Assembly (NCBI GenBank): GCA_040285855.1
Contig: JAUFOQ010000004.1
Coordinates: 1,240,001-1,304,000 of the forward strand
Reading direction: 5' to 3'
Origin: Eukaryota sp. GEM-RC1
Lineage: Eukaryota
Length of the DNA stretch: 64,000 nucleotides
In this document: positions 1 through 12,800 of the stretch, one piece after another
Layout of the letters: the number at the start of each line of letters is the position of its first letter
Numbering within the stretch: position 1 is the first letter of the stretch
Program-made: the position numbers and the translations under genes
Notes under the pieces: model-generated
Database searches by the model: none
Told to the model about the DNA's origin: nothing
What the model saw: only the letters and a program-made list of their open reading frames with translations

Positions 1-3000
1 TCACGTGATTCTTGATGACGTGTTAGTTTCTGAGTTCCAATTTTCACCCAATGGTTCCATAACTTGTCATTCTGATGTTTCGATGAGAAATGCTGTCGGG
101 CTTTCTGATGTTTCTTTCACTTTCAACAATACATTGGCTCTCCTTGATTCAACTGTTAGGATTGCCCCTCTGTTTGTTCTCTTTGATTTTCAAACTATGT
201 CCGGGTTTGGTACTATTGATACTAATATTTTAAATTTTGGAAAAATTCGTCCTTCATCTACCTTCACTTTTAACGACAACCTTTCTCTTGCTCCTTCTTC
301 AATCATCTCTCTTCAAATCAGTAACGACAGTTCTTCTACTCATTTAATTGTTGGTTCAACTGCTTATTTAGATGGAATACTAGAAATTGAATTTGACACA
401 AAGTCTGACTCAACCAGCTATAAATATACTCTGATAGAGTCTGATCAAATTAATGGAAGATTTAGAAGCATAATTAATCCTTGTGCTTCACTTATAACCA
501 CCTTTTATTCAAAGTCTTCTCTAATTGTCTCTGTAAATGATTTTGTAGTCGACTTACAACAAGGTTCTTACGTTTCACCTAGTGGTGTTGATGACTCTTG
601 TTGTGGTACTTTTGACAGTCCTTGTGCGTCTTTTAAAGGAGTTTTAGAAAGAATGGGAAGAAAAGGGAAGGTTTATTTCCATAGTGGTTACTATTTCTTC
701 AATCAAGGTTTCGGCAAATTAATTGATGTTGATTGGGAAGTTATTGGTCTCGGTGACGTGATCATTGATGGAAGTGATGATACTTTACTTGATAATGTTT
801 CGTCTTCTTTGACATTCCATAATTTAATTATCTACGGTAAAAATGTTGTTCTTGAGGTTTCTAATTCATCAATCAATTTTGATTTCGTGAGTGTTCTTTC
901 CATCTCTAATGATAGCCTGTTTTTGATTGAAAATTCCTCTTTTACTACAACAAACTCTCTGTTTGACATTGAATCTTTTCGTCTATTTGAATGTCTCAAA
1001 TCTTCAATTTTCGTTGACAATTCTTTTTTTTCCGGATCATTGTCTGACTCGTTAATCTCGTTGTCATCATCATCAATGATTGTTGACAATACAATTTTAA
1101 ACAACTTGAATGTTAGTAATTTGATTGTTTCTTCCACATCATCTATTAAAGTTAATCATTCCTCCATATCGCACGTAACTGCTAACACGGTATTTCTATT
1201 AGATCAGTCTGATATTGTCGTGAATATTTTAAGTATTGCATTTTTTTTTATAGTAGCTCCTCAACTTTTTCTCTAAACACTGTCGAAGTTGACCAATCAA
1301 TTTCTACTGTGTGGTTCAGTTTAGTCAATTGTAAATTTCACTTACAGAATTTGAATTTCTCAAATACTCACGGTGATGCTTTCAGTGTCGAAAATTCGAC
1401 AGCCTCCTCTTTATCTATGGTTTTGGTTGTTAATTCCAATCTATCCCACTTTCTCAACGTCTTAAATTCAGGATTGTCCATCAACTATTAATAATTATAC
1501 TCATGATGAAATTTCTGTGTATATTCCGTACCTTTGTGATATCACTTCTGTTACTTCTGATATTTATTTAGTTGTTGGGAACCAAATTAGTAACTCCTTT
1601 CAATTAAATTTTGCTCCTCCACAAGTTAGTTATCAGCCAGTACCGCTGTCTCCTTCTGGGGAATTAATAGTATTAACAGGACCTTATTTCTCAAAAATGT
1701 ATCATTGTTTTCAAAATTCATCTCTTGAATTGTCTGTTCATACTGCTTCATACGAAATTATTGATGAAGATGAATTGCAAATTTCAACAGGTGACTTGTA
1801 TGGAATTACTGAATTTGCAATTTCAGTAGAATTTTTCCTTCAATTCATTCGCCTAATTTCAATACCTGTCACTTCATTTGTTGCTAACAATACTGACTAT
1901 GTTTGTTTTGTCGGCGTTCCGTGTTCAATTACAATTTATAGTTTTCTGGACGACTTTTCATTTGTTAATACTTTTATTGGGCTAAATTCTCCGAACTCTC
2001 TTCATATTTCAAATTACCAAGTATCACCATCTTTTGCTGAAGTTACATTTACTTCTTTTATTTCTCGAGTTCCAACTGAATTACGTATTTGTATTAATTC
2101 TGCGTGTTACTCTATTTTCAATCTTCCTTTTATTGTCTCTCCCTCCTATATCTATCCCAAAAATATTCAATGGTTTGATAGGCCAGTTACTCACAGCCTG
2201 TCTATCGAAATAGAAGGAATTGATTTCTATGATGTTTCAATTATTCAAAGTACTTTCTCATTCAGTAATTCTGCTTTTCAATTAATTACAGTTGATGAGT
2301 CTACGGTTTACTTCGATGTAGAGTTTACTAGAACAGGGAACTTCACCCTACAGAGTCTGTCTTTTGGACATTTAAGTGATCATCTTTCTGTGGAGATTGC
2401 TAATTTTGTTCTTTTTCCACCAAAACTGTATTTTAATTCTGTTGTTGAGTGTTATCTGCTTGAATCTATCAATGATCTCTTTATCTCTTATGGAAGTAAT
2501 ACCTTCCCTCTTCACCAAGGAGTAAATATTTTAAATATTGAAAGTGCTAGTTCTTGGATTACTTTATCTAGTCTGTCAGAATCAGTCAATATTTGTTCTA
2601 TTTCTTCTTTTCCTAATGAAAACATTCCTTCAGTAATAGAAATCAATCTTTTTCAAACAATTCAAATTTAAATAACTGATCCCAATTATTTGTATTCAGT
2701 AGAGTGTTCTGATAATTGTGAATTGAGTACTTCAACTGATAATTCATATCACATTGAAATTATCTTTGTTGGATTAGATGAAGGAAACATTGATATTTCC
2801 TTCGTTGTTTGGTATTTCCAATCAAATTTCAATTTTGTCCATCATGTTTCGGTTCACCAACCTCCAGTACTGGAATTGTTGACCTCCTCTGTGATTTCTC
2901 TTTCCAATCCTCAAGCTATCATGATCTCTTTTAGTAGTGACTTCTTTCCAGATTCCATTTTCTTGGTTAATGATCTTATTTTAAATGCTACTGAAGTTAA

Positions 3001-5807
3001 TGACGTGTCGAGTTCTAATTTTGAATTAACTTACTTGTTTAATATCTCGTCATTGCACTTTTCAAAAGGACAAAGCTATCACCACTGGTCTTGGAAACAG
3101 TCTGGATTTAGCTTACAACACGTTGGTGTTATTGTTGTTTTCGATATTGAGGCTTTGTCTACAGATTTTGTAAGTGTTTTTGAACACCGTACAATTTCAT
3201 TAAATATTGTAGGTAATTTATACTCCGATTTAACTTGTTCTATTGACTCTCAACAATTCACAGGAATTACTTCTAACAATTCTTTGTTCTGTGAAGATGT
3301 CATTATTCCAACATATCAAGAGTTTGTTGATCTAGAACTTTCTTTTGATGGGGTACTCATCAACTCAGTTGAAATTCAAGGAGAAGCATTTCTCGAAGAT
3401 GTCTGTTTTGTTTCATTTGTCGAACATCCTAGGATTAATTTTACTAACACTTTTACGAATAACTTAATGTTTGATGGTATCAGGTGTTGTAATGTTGACG
3501 TGTCTTTTTGTTCCGAATTTATCTCGCAATTTGACTTGATCAATGCAATGTTTGATACTTCTTTTGATATATTTCAAATTGTGATTACTACAAACACTAG
3601 TTGTCACGAATCCTATTATTACCTTCCTTTTGAACTGATTGCTAAAAATCAAACGCTTTCCCCTGCATATTCTTGTAAACAAGTTCCCAGTGGTTTTGCT
3701 TTTGCTTCAATGTGTACTATTGATCTGGTAATTCCACGAACAACTGAAATTCTTTTAGTTGCTCTTGAAAATCTGTTTATATTGGAATTAGAAATTTATG
3801 GGCATGTATCAGATTCTTGTTTTAAACCCTTTTCTTTTGGACGTGGTATTACTGCTCTTGGGGAAGTGATTGATGAAGATGTATATCTGGGGTTTGAAAC
3901 TGCATTGTTTAACTCAACGGTACAGTTTGAATCGTTTATTTCTCAGAAAGAAATGTTTTGGTCCACTTCAACTGTTCAATTTTCTACTGGTTTCTCCTCT
4001 CCAAATTGTTTCTACTCATTTACACCTTTTCTTGTGACTCTGTCTGCTTCTGATCCGACTTCTTTGGTTTTCAGTCAAACAATTGTTGAAGTCAATTCAA
4101 ATTATTTAAGTATTTCAATTCCCATGGTTTGCGTCGATAATGTTGGATTTTTTGTTGATTGCAATGGCTCTATTGACATTATCGCCTCTACTTTTAAATT
4201 CAATTCTGTCGTTTTCTTTTCAGATAATGTAATCTTCTTCTTTAATGAATTACCTCAATTACAGGAACATCGAGTTGATTACGAATTCAATTCCAGACTT
4301 CTTAATTGGAATGGCACGTTAGTTCAAAACTGTGCAGAATATTTAACTGTCGATCAATTGAACGTTTCCTATTGTGGTCATCAATATTATGGAGACCAAT
4401 CATGTACTCTTTTGAACATTACCTCAAAGTTTGTAATTCAGGAACAGTTCTACAATCTTACTAGCGAAGTTCTTCTTTCTGATATTACTCTAGTTACTGA
4501 CATTGAAGCTGGTATTAATATTCTAGATGACCGTTTGCTGGAGTTAGTCACGTCTCCACTCCAATCAATGACGATTACACTCTCCTATTTTTCTCATACT
4601 GCGACTATTGATCTAGTTTCAAATGATTGTCACTTTCCTAAATTGAATTCTGGACATGGATGTTTGTGTCCAAAAGGAATGGAATTTAATTATCTTGGTG
4701 AATGTGTGGAATGTTTTCTAAATTATTACTCAAATTCAGAATTCAATTCAGAGTGTAGATCTTGTCCTTTTCCTAGAATTACTCTTCAAAAAGGTTCTAG
4801 TGATCTTGACCATTGTGTTTGTCCTTTAAACACTCTAGATTCTATAGATTCTTGTTTACCTTGTCCTCATTTAGCTGAATGTGGATATGGAAATTTGACT
4901 GGAATTGAACCTGGTTTTAGATTAAATACTGATACTTGGGAACTAGATGAATGTGTGTTTTGGTATAGTTGTCATGAAAATTCTTGCAGATCACGTCATG
5001 CTTATGGAGATTTGTGTCAATATTGTACTGAAGATGCTGTTTTCAGCAAGATTTACTGTTTTAGTAATGAAAATACTTGGTTAAAAGTATTATCATTTAT
5101 TTGTTTCGTTTCTATTTTATTTGTTGCTGATAGGCTACCTGTTCAACTTTCTCTTGTTGATTCAAAGTTCAAGTATATTGAACTGGCAGCGTCATCACTT
5201 TCCACATTTGGTCAAAGGAGATTATTAGAACAGCTTTCGAACTACTTTAATATTCTTAATATCTTCTTTTTGTTTTGCCTCCGATTTTCTTCCGCAGGGT
5301 GTCTATTTGGGGTATTGCTATTGAATTTATATCTTCTATATTTCATTTTGATTCGTCACGAATATTGATTGTTTTTGTTCTGGTCTCACTGTGTGGACTT
5401 TCAAAAGTTGTATTATCACAATTTTTTAAAAGTTCTAATTTCAATGTGAGACATAGTGCTTTCTTACTGGGAGCGGTTCTTTTCTCTATCAATTTTCTGT
5501 TTGGTGCATCACTTTTTTTTCTTAATCATGAAGGGCCATCATTTTGGCAAATTCTATTCCTGAGTTTTCACTTGAGTTTTTTAACTTATGTGTTGGTAGT
5601 ACAACGTCATTCTCCTTATTTCTTATCACTGGTATGTTATTTTGTCGTCATTTTTGCTTCATTATTTGAGAGTTCAATTTATTCTATAATTCAAAATCTC
5701 ATAGTAGTTATACTTATCAGTTTCTCCACTACTACTATTGAGGTAATTCTTTTGGAATTTCTCTTCTTTTTAGTGTGTCGTATACTGTTAGTTTCTTGAA
5801 ATTGTAG
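1..5807 (+). pseudogene. Giant surface-protein paralog A (5' part outside window): CCGTFDSPC region, TIG-like and stalk type 1, Cys-rich block, TM type 1; damaged
   Basis: ORFs 5-1276, 1309-1491, 1517-2671, 2690-5368 and 5275-5799 are collinear with copies B and C. Out-of-frame ~1.3 kb deletion at 1486/1487, a small deletion near 1235, and in-frame TAA at 2669-2671 where C has GAA. The true stop is probably TAG 5805-5807 (…FLKL*), as in B, after restoring one T near 5750. Confidence 0.85.
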
Positions 5808-5832
5808 ACTTTAGAGCATTGTTTATTGGCTC
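5808..5832 (+). repeat. Conserved 25-nt element right after the stop codon (ACTT-x-x-GAGCATTGTTTATTGGCTC)
   Basis: Same sequence at 19430-19454 (+) and 28360-28384 (-); flanks diverge beyond it. Confidence 0.85.
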
Positions 5833-6053
5833 GCAACTATTTCATTGTTGTGTACTAAAGCAAACGTACTAAACATAATTTAATTCTGACTTCTTGTTTC
5901 ATTCAAACATTGTTCAATAAAACAGCATATATATATTCAATATCATTTTGCCTCTTTTTCAACCCAAACCACAATTCGTGAATCAGTTCGTTTGCGTAGT
6001 ATTTGTCACCTGGTTATGTGTTTTGGGTCTGAGTAGTACAGCACTTGATGTAT

Positions 6054-6170
6054 TTAGTGTGTATAAAGAAAAAACAGTTAGTGTGGATTTTAATTAGTGT
6101 GGTCCACACTAATTCTAATTTTCTTGCTTTTTCATAGTGTTAGGTTTGCACTTAATTGGTGTGGATTTTA
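6054..6170. repeat. Cluster of TAGTGTGG-like motifs with a tight palindrome AATTAGTGTGG-T-CCACACTAATT (6092-6114)
   Basis: Read directly: related motifs near 6054, 6078, 6092, 6135 and 6154; 11-bp arms with a 1-nt spacer. It lies next to a transposase relic, so it may be subterminal repeats. Confidence 0.65.
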
Positions 6171-6229
6171 TTATACTATCAATAATGTGTGAAAATAAGA
6201 CCAACTCTATATGAAAGCACCAGTAGTAC

Positions 6230-6590
6230 ACCAATGAACGCTTTTCCTCTTCAACATTCCTTAACATGGTACTAGGCTCTGAAATCTTGGCTGCTTTTGA
6301 TCAACAAAGAGTCGATTCAGAGGAGTCCTATCTGCCTCCCAACTACAACCCGCAGATTCTTTTGTCATTTCCAAAATCAAGGCAAAAATAGTGGAACACC
6401 AAGAAAAGAAAATTGATCAACAACCGCAGCTTTTCTAGATTGGGAAAGATTTCAAATCCTGGAAAGCAATTCCTTCTTGAAGTAGCTGAACAACGTATCA
6501 ATGAAGTTAATGCAGAATTTGACGTATAATGGTAATTCACATGTACCGCTATTTTGACGGGATTTTGGCCAAGTTCTTTGGGAATAACTA
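6230..6590 (+). mobile_element. Decayed pogo/Tigger-type (DDE_1) transposase fragment
   Basis: Manual translation across frameshifts: YLPPN / LQPADSFVISKIKAK / WNTKKRKLINNRSFSRLGKISNPGKQFLLEVAEQRINEVN. LPPN…LQPxD is the motif around the last catalytic Asp of DDE_1 transposases. Confidence 0.7.
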
Positions 6591-6843
6591 TTCAGTAGAT
6601 TTGGGCGGCCCTTGTAGTACTTACTTTTATTTAGTTTGTGTTTGTGTTATTGTTTTAGATATGGTTTTTTGACCACAAAGCCCCTTTTTAATACATCTAC
6701 TGCTACCAATTTGAAAGCACCATATTCCAGTATTTGATTATGACTACTTTAGATGTAGCATTCACCCAGCTTAATTACATACTAGTAGATAGAATAAAAT
6801 TCGTCTTCTGGTTAAATTTGATCAGACAAAAACCCAATCAATC

Positions 6844-9800
6844 ATGTTCTTGACCGTTCTCCTTCTATTCTTTTGCTGTTGGGCACATCCATCTGTTTAT
6901 CGCTGGAGTGCCACAGCTGGGTCTTTGGTTCGACAGTGACAATTGGGAAACTGCTACAGTCCCTTCATCGTCTTCTTATGTCATCATTCCTCCTCAAACT
7001 GTTTCAAGTAGGGTAGTTATTGCGTCAAAAGTCGATATAACCTCTCTCACAATTTCCTCTAATGTTGTGCTTCTTTTCACGAACAACTCCACACTCACAG
7101 TTTCTGAACAGTTTTCTATCATCAATGGATGTACCTTGAGTTCTGATCATACTTCTCCTCTCTCATTTTCTTCTGTAAAATCTCTTGAATTGGATTCTGT
7201 GGACCTTGTTACTTTCTCTTCTCACAAACTCATAGTCACTGGTCTCTTTGACTGGAAACGTGGTTCAATTGATCTACATGGGTTCAGTGAACTTGTTCTC
7301 GTCAATTCTACTTCCGCTTCCCATTTTACAAGTCATTCTCCACTAAGTTCTGATCTTCTTCATGTCTGGGGATTTAATCCCGAAGGTCATCTTGGAGGTG
7401 GCTTGCAAGAATCTTCTGATGGTATATCTCCTGAATCTTATACTTTACCTGATTCTATTAGACAAGCTTCTCTTGGAAGAATCCATTCTATGATACTTTT
7501 GATTAATGGTGACGTTTACACTGCTGGAAGTAATACTTTTGGAGAACTTGGATTCAATGGTGGCGGAAGAAATATTCATGGTAAAATTGATTTATCGCAC
7601 ATTATTCAAATTATTTCATCATCTGAATCAAGTTATGCGTTAAGTGTGTCAGGATCTGTCTATTCTTGGGGACGTAACAGGAATGGCCAGTTAGGTATAG
7701 GAGATCGACTAATCAGACATACCCCCACTTTAATTCCAAATTTAAGTAACATTAAACAAATTGCTGGTAGGTATCTAACAGTTTTTGCTTTAACTAGAAA
7801 TGATGAAGTTTATGGGTGGGGTGCTGGGGCCAACAATGTTTTATGTAGTGATAGTACTAGTAATGTTCTTTCACCGTTGCTAATTGAATCTTTACAAAAT
7901 ATTAAATTTGTTGCTGCTGGCCTCAGTTCCTTCTTTGTTAAATCTAATGGATCGACTCTTACTTGTGGTTTAAGATTAGGTGAGACTGGATTCTATTCAA
8001 CTCCAACTCCATTTGCTAAGGATATTGAGTTTACGTTTATTGATACTATATATCTTCACGCTCTTGGCATTGATGTTAACCAGAAGCTATGGAGTTGGGG
8101 TTCGAATAGTCTTGGACAATTAGGAACTGGTGGGAACGCGGCTTCTGCAAGTCCGGTTCAAGTAACAAACATCGGGAAAGTCATCACGTCAGCTGCAGGT
8201 TGGGGACATTCTATTGCTGTTGACGTCAGCAATGACGTGTGGTCTTGGGGTTATCCAGAGGAGGTGTTGGGTAGGAGTTTTCCACCAAATTTGAATGAAT
8301 CAAATCCTGGCTTGATTCCTGGTTTATCTCCTATTATTTCCGGAATTAGTGCATATCATGGGAGCAATTTCGCATATTCTTCAGTTTCGGTTGTTGTGAA
8401 TTCAGTGGGGTCGTCTTCAAGTAACTCTAAAATGATTTTAAAAGGAAATAATGACATCTTGGGAAAAGTTAATGATAATGGCCTTCAACAGTTTAATCTT
8501 ATTTCTGTTCCAGTTTTTCTTTCTGGTTCATTGAATTTGACAAGTGATTCTTTCTATTTTCTGTCTGAATTCAATTTAAGTGGGCTTTTGTCTATTAATT
8601 CTCTAGTGGAAACTTATTTCACTTCATTTTTCTTAGGAGCTTCTGAATGTTCAACTCTTTCTTTAGAGTCTAATGTTTTTGTTGAAACTTTGTATTGTTA
8701 TTGTGGAACAATTGAAGGTGTTGGAGAATTGACAGTAAACACGTTGGTGTTTTGTTCTTCTAATCCTGAACTAAAATTAAGTAGAATTTCTATTGGTAAA
8801 ATGATGACTTCTGAATTAAATGTTGAATTTAATCTGACTACTGATTTATTAATTTCTATCAATGGAATACTTAAAATATCACAGGTAACTTTCTACTCTG
8901 ATTCGGATGTAACTGTTACTTTTGGTGGAAATTTAAAGTTGGTCAACACTTCATTGACTCTTCACATCGATTCTCGGCTAAATTCAAATATTCAATTTGA
9001 CCAAAATTCTAAAATTCAAATCACTTCCTCTTCTTCTAGTCTTGGATCAGTATATCCATTGTTTCTTTATTATGACTGGTCAGAAAGTCCTTCTGGAGAT
9101 GATCTTTCTGGTAATAATAATAATGTACTAGAAGTTTCTGGTGCTCAATGGAATCCTGATGGTTATTACCAATTTGAAATTGCCACTAACGTTATCAAAG
9201 TTCCAAATATTTCAGGTAAATTCGGCTGGGCATCAGCTACAATTTCATTTTCAATATGGTTTGACTCTGATTCTACCAATAGATTTGGATTTATTACTAA
9301 TCCTTCTGGTTGTGGATTAGTCCTTGGAGATCATTTATCTTTTGGTGATAAAACTATGAAAGATCTGTCAATTCCAAGAAATCAATGGATCTCCTTGATT
9401 GTTACTACAGATCATAATGGAGCTCAAATGTATGTTAATGGAGCTCTGATTGCTTCTGTCAACGGCAAGTATGGCTGTGATGAGTTTTCTGATTTCTTCC
9501 CCCTGGGATCTGTCTATTACAAGAGTGGGAATGACTGGGTAGGCTCTTCTGATCAGTTTTTTAAGGGTAGAATTAGAAGAGTTGCTGTTTTTACAGAGAA
9601 ACTTTCTGAAAGTGAAGTTGAAGCGCTGTCTAAAACTCAATTAGTATCGTTAACTCAAATATTTGGTGACGGAAGTATGGTTATTGAAAACTCTTCATTT
9701 CGCGTAAACTCATTGTCGACATTAAGTTTAAACAGTCTTTATTCCTATAATTCTTCTTTATTTATTGTTCCATCTGCTTTCTTTGGAGTCGTCAATACTG

Positions 9801-12800
9801 TTGCCAAAGAAGATTCAACCATTGAAATCCATGGCCGTTTCCTTTCTTCTGACTTCTTCCTTCCCAATCTTGAGTTAGAGAGTTCTTCATTTATTTCAAC
9901 TACTTTAGAGCTTCATTTTGATGTTATTTCTTTTTTAAATAGTGACTTTAGTTGTGACTGTTATTTAGAGGCTTTAGTTGTCTATTGGTTTGATGGTATC
10001 TTGACTCTAAGTGAAGCCAAAGTAAACGTCATCAATCTTTATGGTAACGAAAAGGTTTTACTAATAGAATCATTGACAATTACAGAGGAGGTGTTTTTTA
10101 ATAATTCTCTTACATTACATTCAAATAATTCTCAATTAATTCTTGATTCAGTAATTGTCAAGTGTACTGCGTTATCCTCTCTTTTCTTGTCTTGTTCTTC
10201 TGACTGTACTTCTGCTGAATTAAAATTTTCCAATGCTTTTGTATTGTCTGAATATTGTTCATTTGTTTCTAACTTTGATATCTCAAACTGCGCACTGTTC
10301 AGTCTGTTTTCATATTCCTTTTCCAAACAGAGTCTGTATTTACTTCTCACAATGTCCTTCAAATTGACGAACACGCAGAATTCTCTGTTGTTTCGTCCGA
10401 GTTTTCAATTGAAAGTGTCATTGATTCGTCTGACCCGTCCTTATTTATGTACTACAACTGGGCATACTCACTGAATAAAATAGACTTATCAGGAAATCAT
10501 GGTCTCAGTGCAATCATAATTCATGGGCCAGTATGGGAAAGTGATGACAATGGTGGTTATTTGAAAATCACACCTGGTAATACATTACTTATCCCAAACC
10601 TTCCTGGTGCCACAGGTTGGACGGGAACAACAATATCCTTATGGATGAACATTCAAGCAGGGGGTTTGGGACTGGATTTTGGTGGGTCATGTCGATTGAC
10701 TATTGAGCCTAAACGAGTTTGTTGGGGCACATTGTGTTCAACTGTACATTTTCCAACAACTTGGTTCCATTTGGCAATTAAATTTAGTCCATTCGATTCT
10801 TTAAGAACCATGCCTCGGGTTTTTATCGATGGAAGCTATAGAAATTCTATTGGTGCAGGGCATGGATATCATTGTACCAACCCTCCATCTCATTTCTCAC
10901 TATCAAGGATTCATCCTTCGGGTTCACAATTTCGGGGTATGATTCGTGCAGTTCAAGTGTTTCGCAGAATTTTATCAGCTCAGGAGATAGCCAACTTAGA
11001 ACTTAGCTTTCCAGCAGGGGTTTGGGGTCAAGGAAAGTTCTCTTTTATCAACTCTCATTGTGTTCTTTCTTCCATGTACTTTGAAATCCGCTATATGTCA
11101 TTAAATTCGTCATTCTTTCAATCAGGAGCCGTTATGCTTAGGCATCTTGAAGAACTTGACCTTAGTTCTAATTCAGAGATTGTCTTTGTTCATAGTCACG
11201 ACTTTGACTTTGATTCTACTGGTCTTGTTGTCTTTTTAGACTCAAGCAAACTTCGTTATGAAGTAATTGATTCTGCAACCAAGGTTCTTATTGATTCAAT
11301 TTATCTAACAAATACTTCTTCAATTATTACTGATGCGTCGCTTGTTATAAGTACTTTTCATTGGTTTCAGGGTGCGTTGTTTTCCCCTGGTGTTACATCC
11401 TTACAAAGACTGTTTCTTTATGGTGATTCTAAAACATGGGTTGCGGATTCGTTGATTATTGAAAATGAATTGTATTTCAATAATTCTCTTTCTTTTTAAT
11501 TTCTCATCTCAAGTTAATTACTGTTTCAGTTACTTGTTTTCCTGGTTCAGATCTTGTTCTTAATTCATCACTTTTTAATGAACGTTTACTTGAAATCAAG
11601 AACCATTTTCATTTAACTTCTAATTGTTCTCTCACTTCATTGTTACCAGTTCAAAGTACTGGAATTATTACTGTTTCAAATGACTCGATAATGACTCTTA
11701 AGAAGGCATGGGAACATAATCAAGGGGAGTTTCTGGGATTGGGAGAATTACGTTTACAACAATCTAAAGTGTGGCTTTTGGATGTTGTCTTTGGCATCAG
11801 ATCTATTACTTCTTCATCATCTATTTTAAATTTTGATAATTTAAATATTCAGGATACTGTTCTATTTGAAATTAGTGATTATTCGTCGCTCACTTTGTCG
11901 TCTACTCTAGAAGTTTCAACTGGTCACTTGACAATAGCTCTTATCGACAGTGAGCTCTTCTTTAATCAATCAGTGATCTCATCATCGTCAACAATTTGTT
12001 TAGCTGCATTCCATAGTTTTGTTCAATTGATGATGCCGCAATTTCATTTTGATTCTGTTAATTTCAATTTATCCATACTGGAATTGGTCAATAGTAGTGA
12101 CATTGTTGTTGAATCATTGTCATGTATTGATTGTTTTGTCCTTGGAACTCATCTGCTCTACGTTAACCATAGTTCATACATCAATTCGGGAAAGTTCTCT
12201 CCCTTTATACTTGTTTCTGAATATGCACAATGTTCATTCATTACTGGTCAAGTCTATTTGACTCACTCATTTGATTTCTACAGTCACGTGATTCTTGATG
12301 ACGTGTCAGTTTCAGAATTCCTGGTTTCTAGTGGATCCATCATTTGTCATTCTGATGTTTTGATGAGAAATACTGTGAGTATTTCCAATGTTTCGTTCGT
12401 TTTCAAAGACACATTGTCTCTTTTTGATACAATTTTTCTTTTTGATCCGCTCCTTGTTCTCTTTGATTTTCAAACAATGAAAGGATTTGGCACCATTGAT
12501 ACTAATATAGTTAATTCTGGAATTATTCGTCCATCACCTTATTTCAAATTTAACGACAACTTGTCTCTTTCTACTTCTTCCATCATCTGTATTCAAATCA
12601 ATAACACTACTTCTTATGATCATTTAATTGTCGATTTAACTTCTTTTTTAGATGGAATACTAGAACTAGAATTTGAGACAAATTATGATTCAACTGGGGA
12701 TAATTATACTCTCATAGAATCTGGTCTAATTAATGGTAAATTTAGTAATATAGTCAATCCTTGTGCTTCACTTATAACCCCGTTTTATTCAGAAACTTCT

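Noticed and set aside
10443..11030. Diversity-generating retroelement acting on the variable LamG domains
   Set aside because: No reverse transcriptase or template repeat seen; differences are not adenine-specific and include indels.
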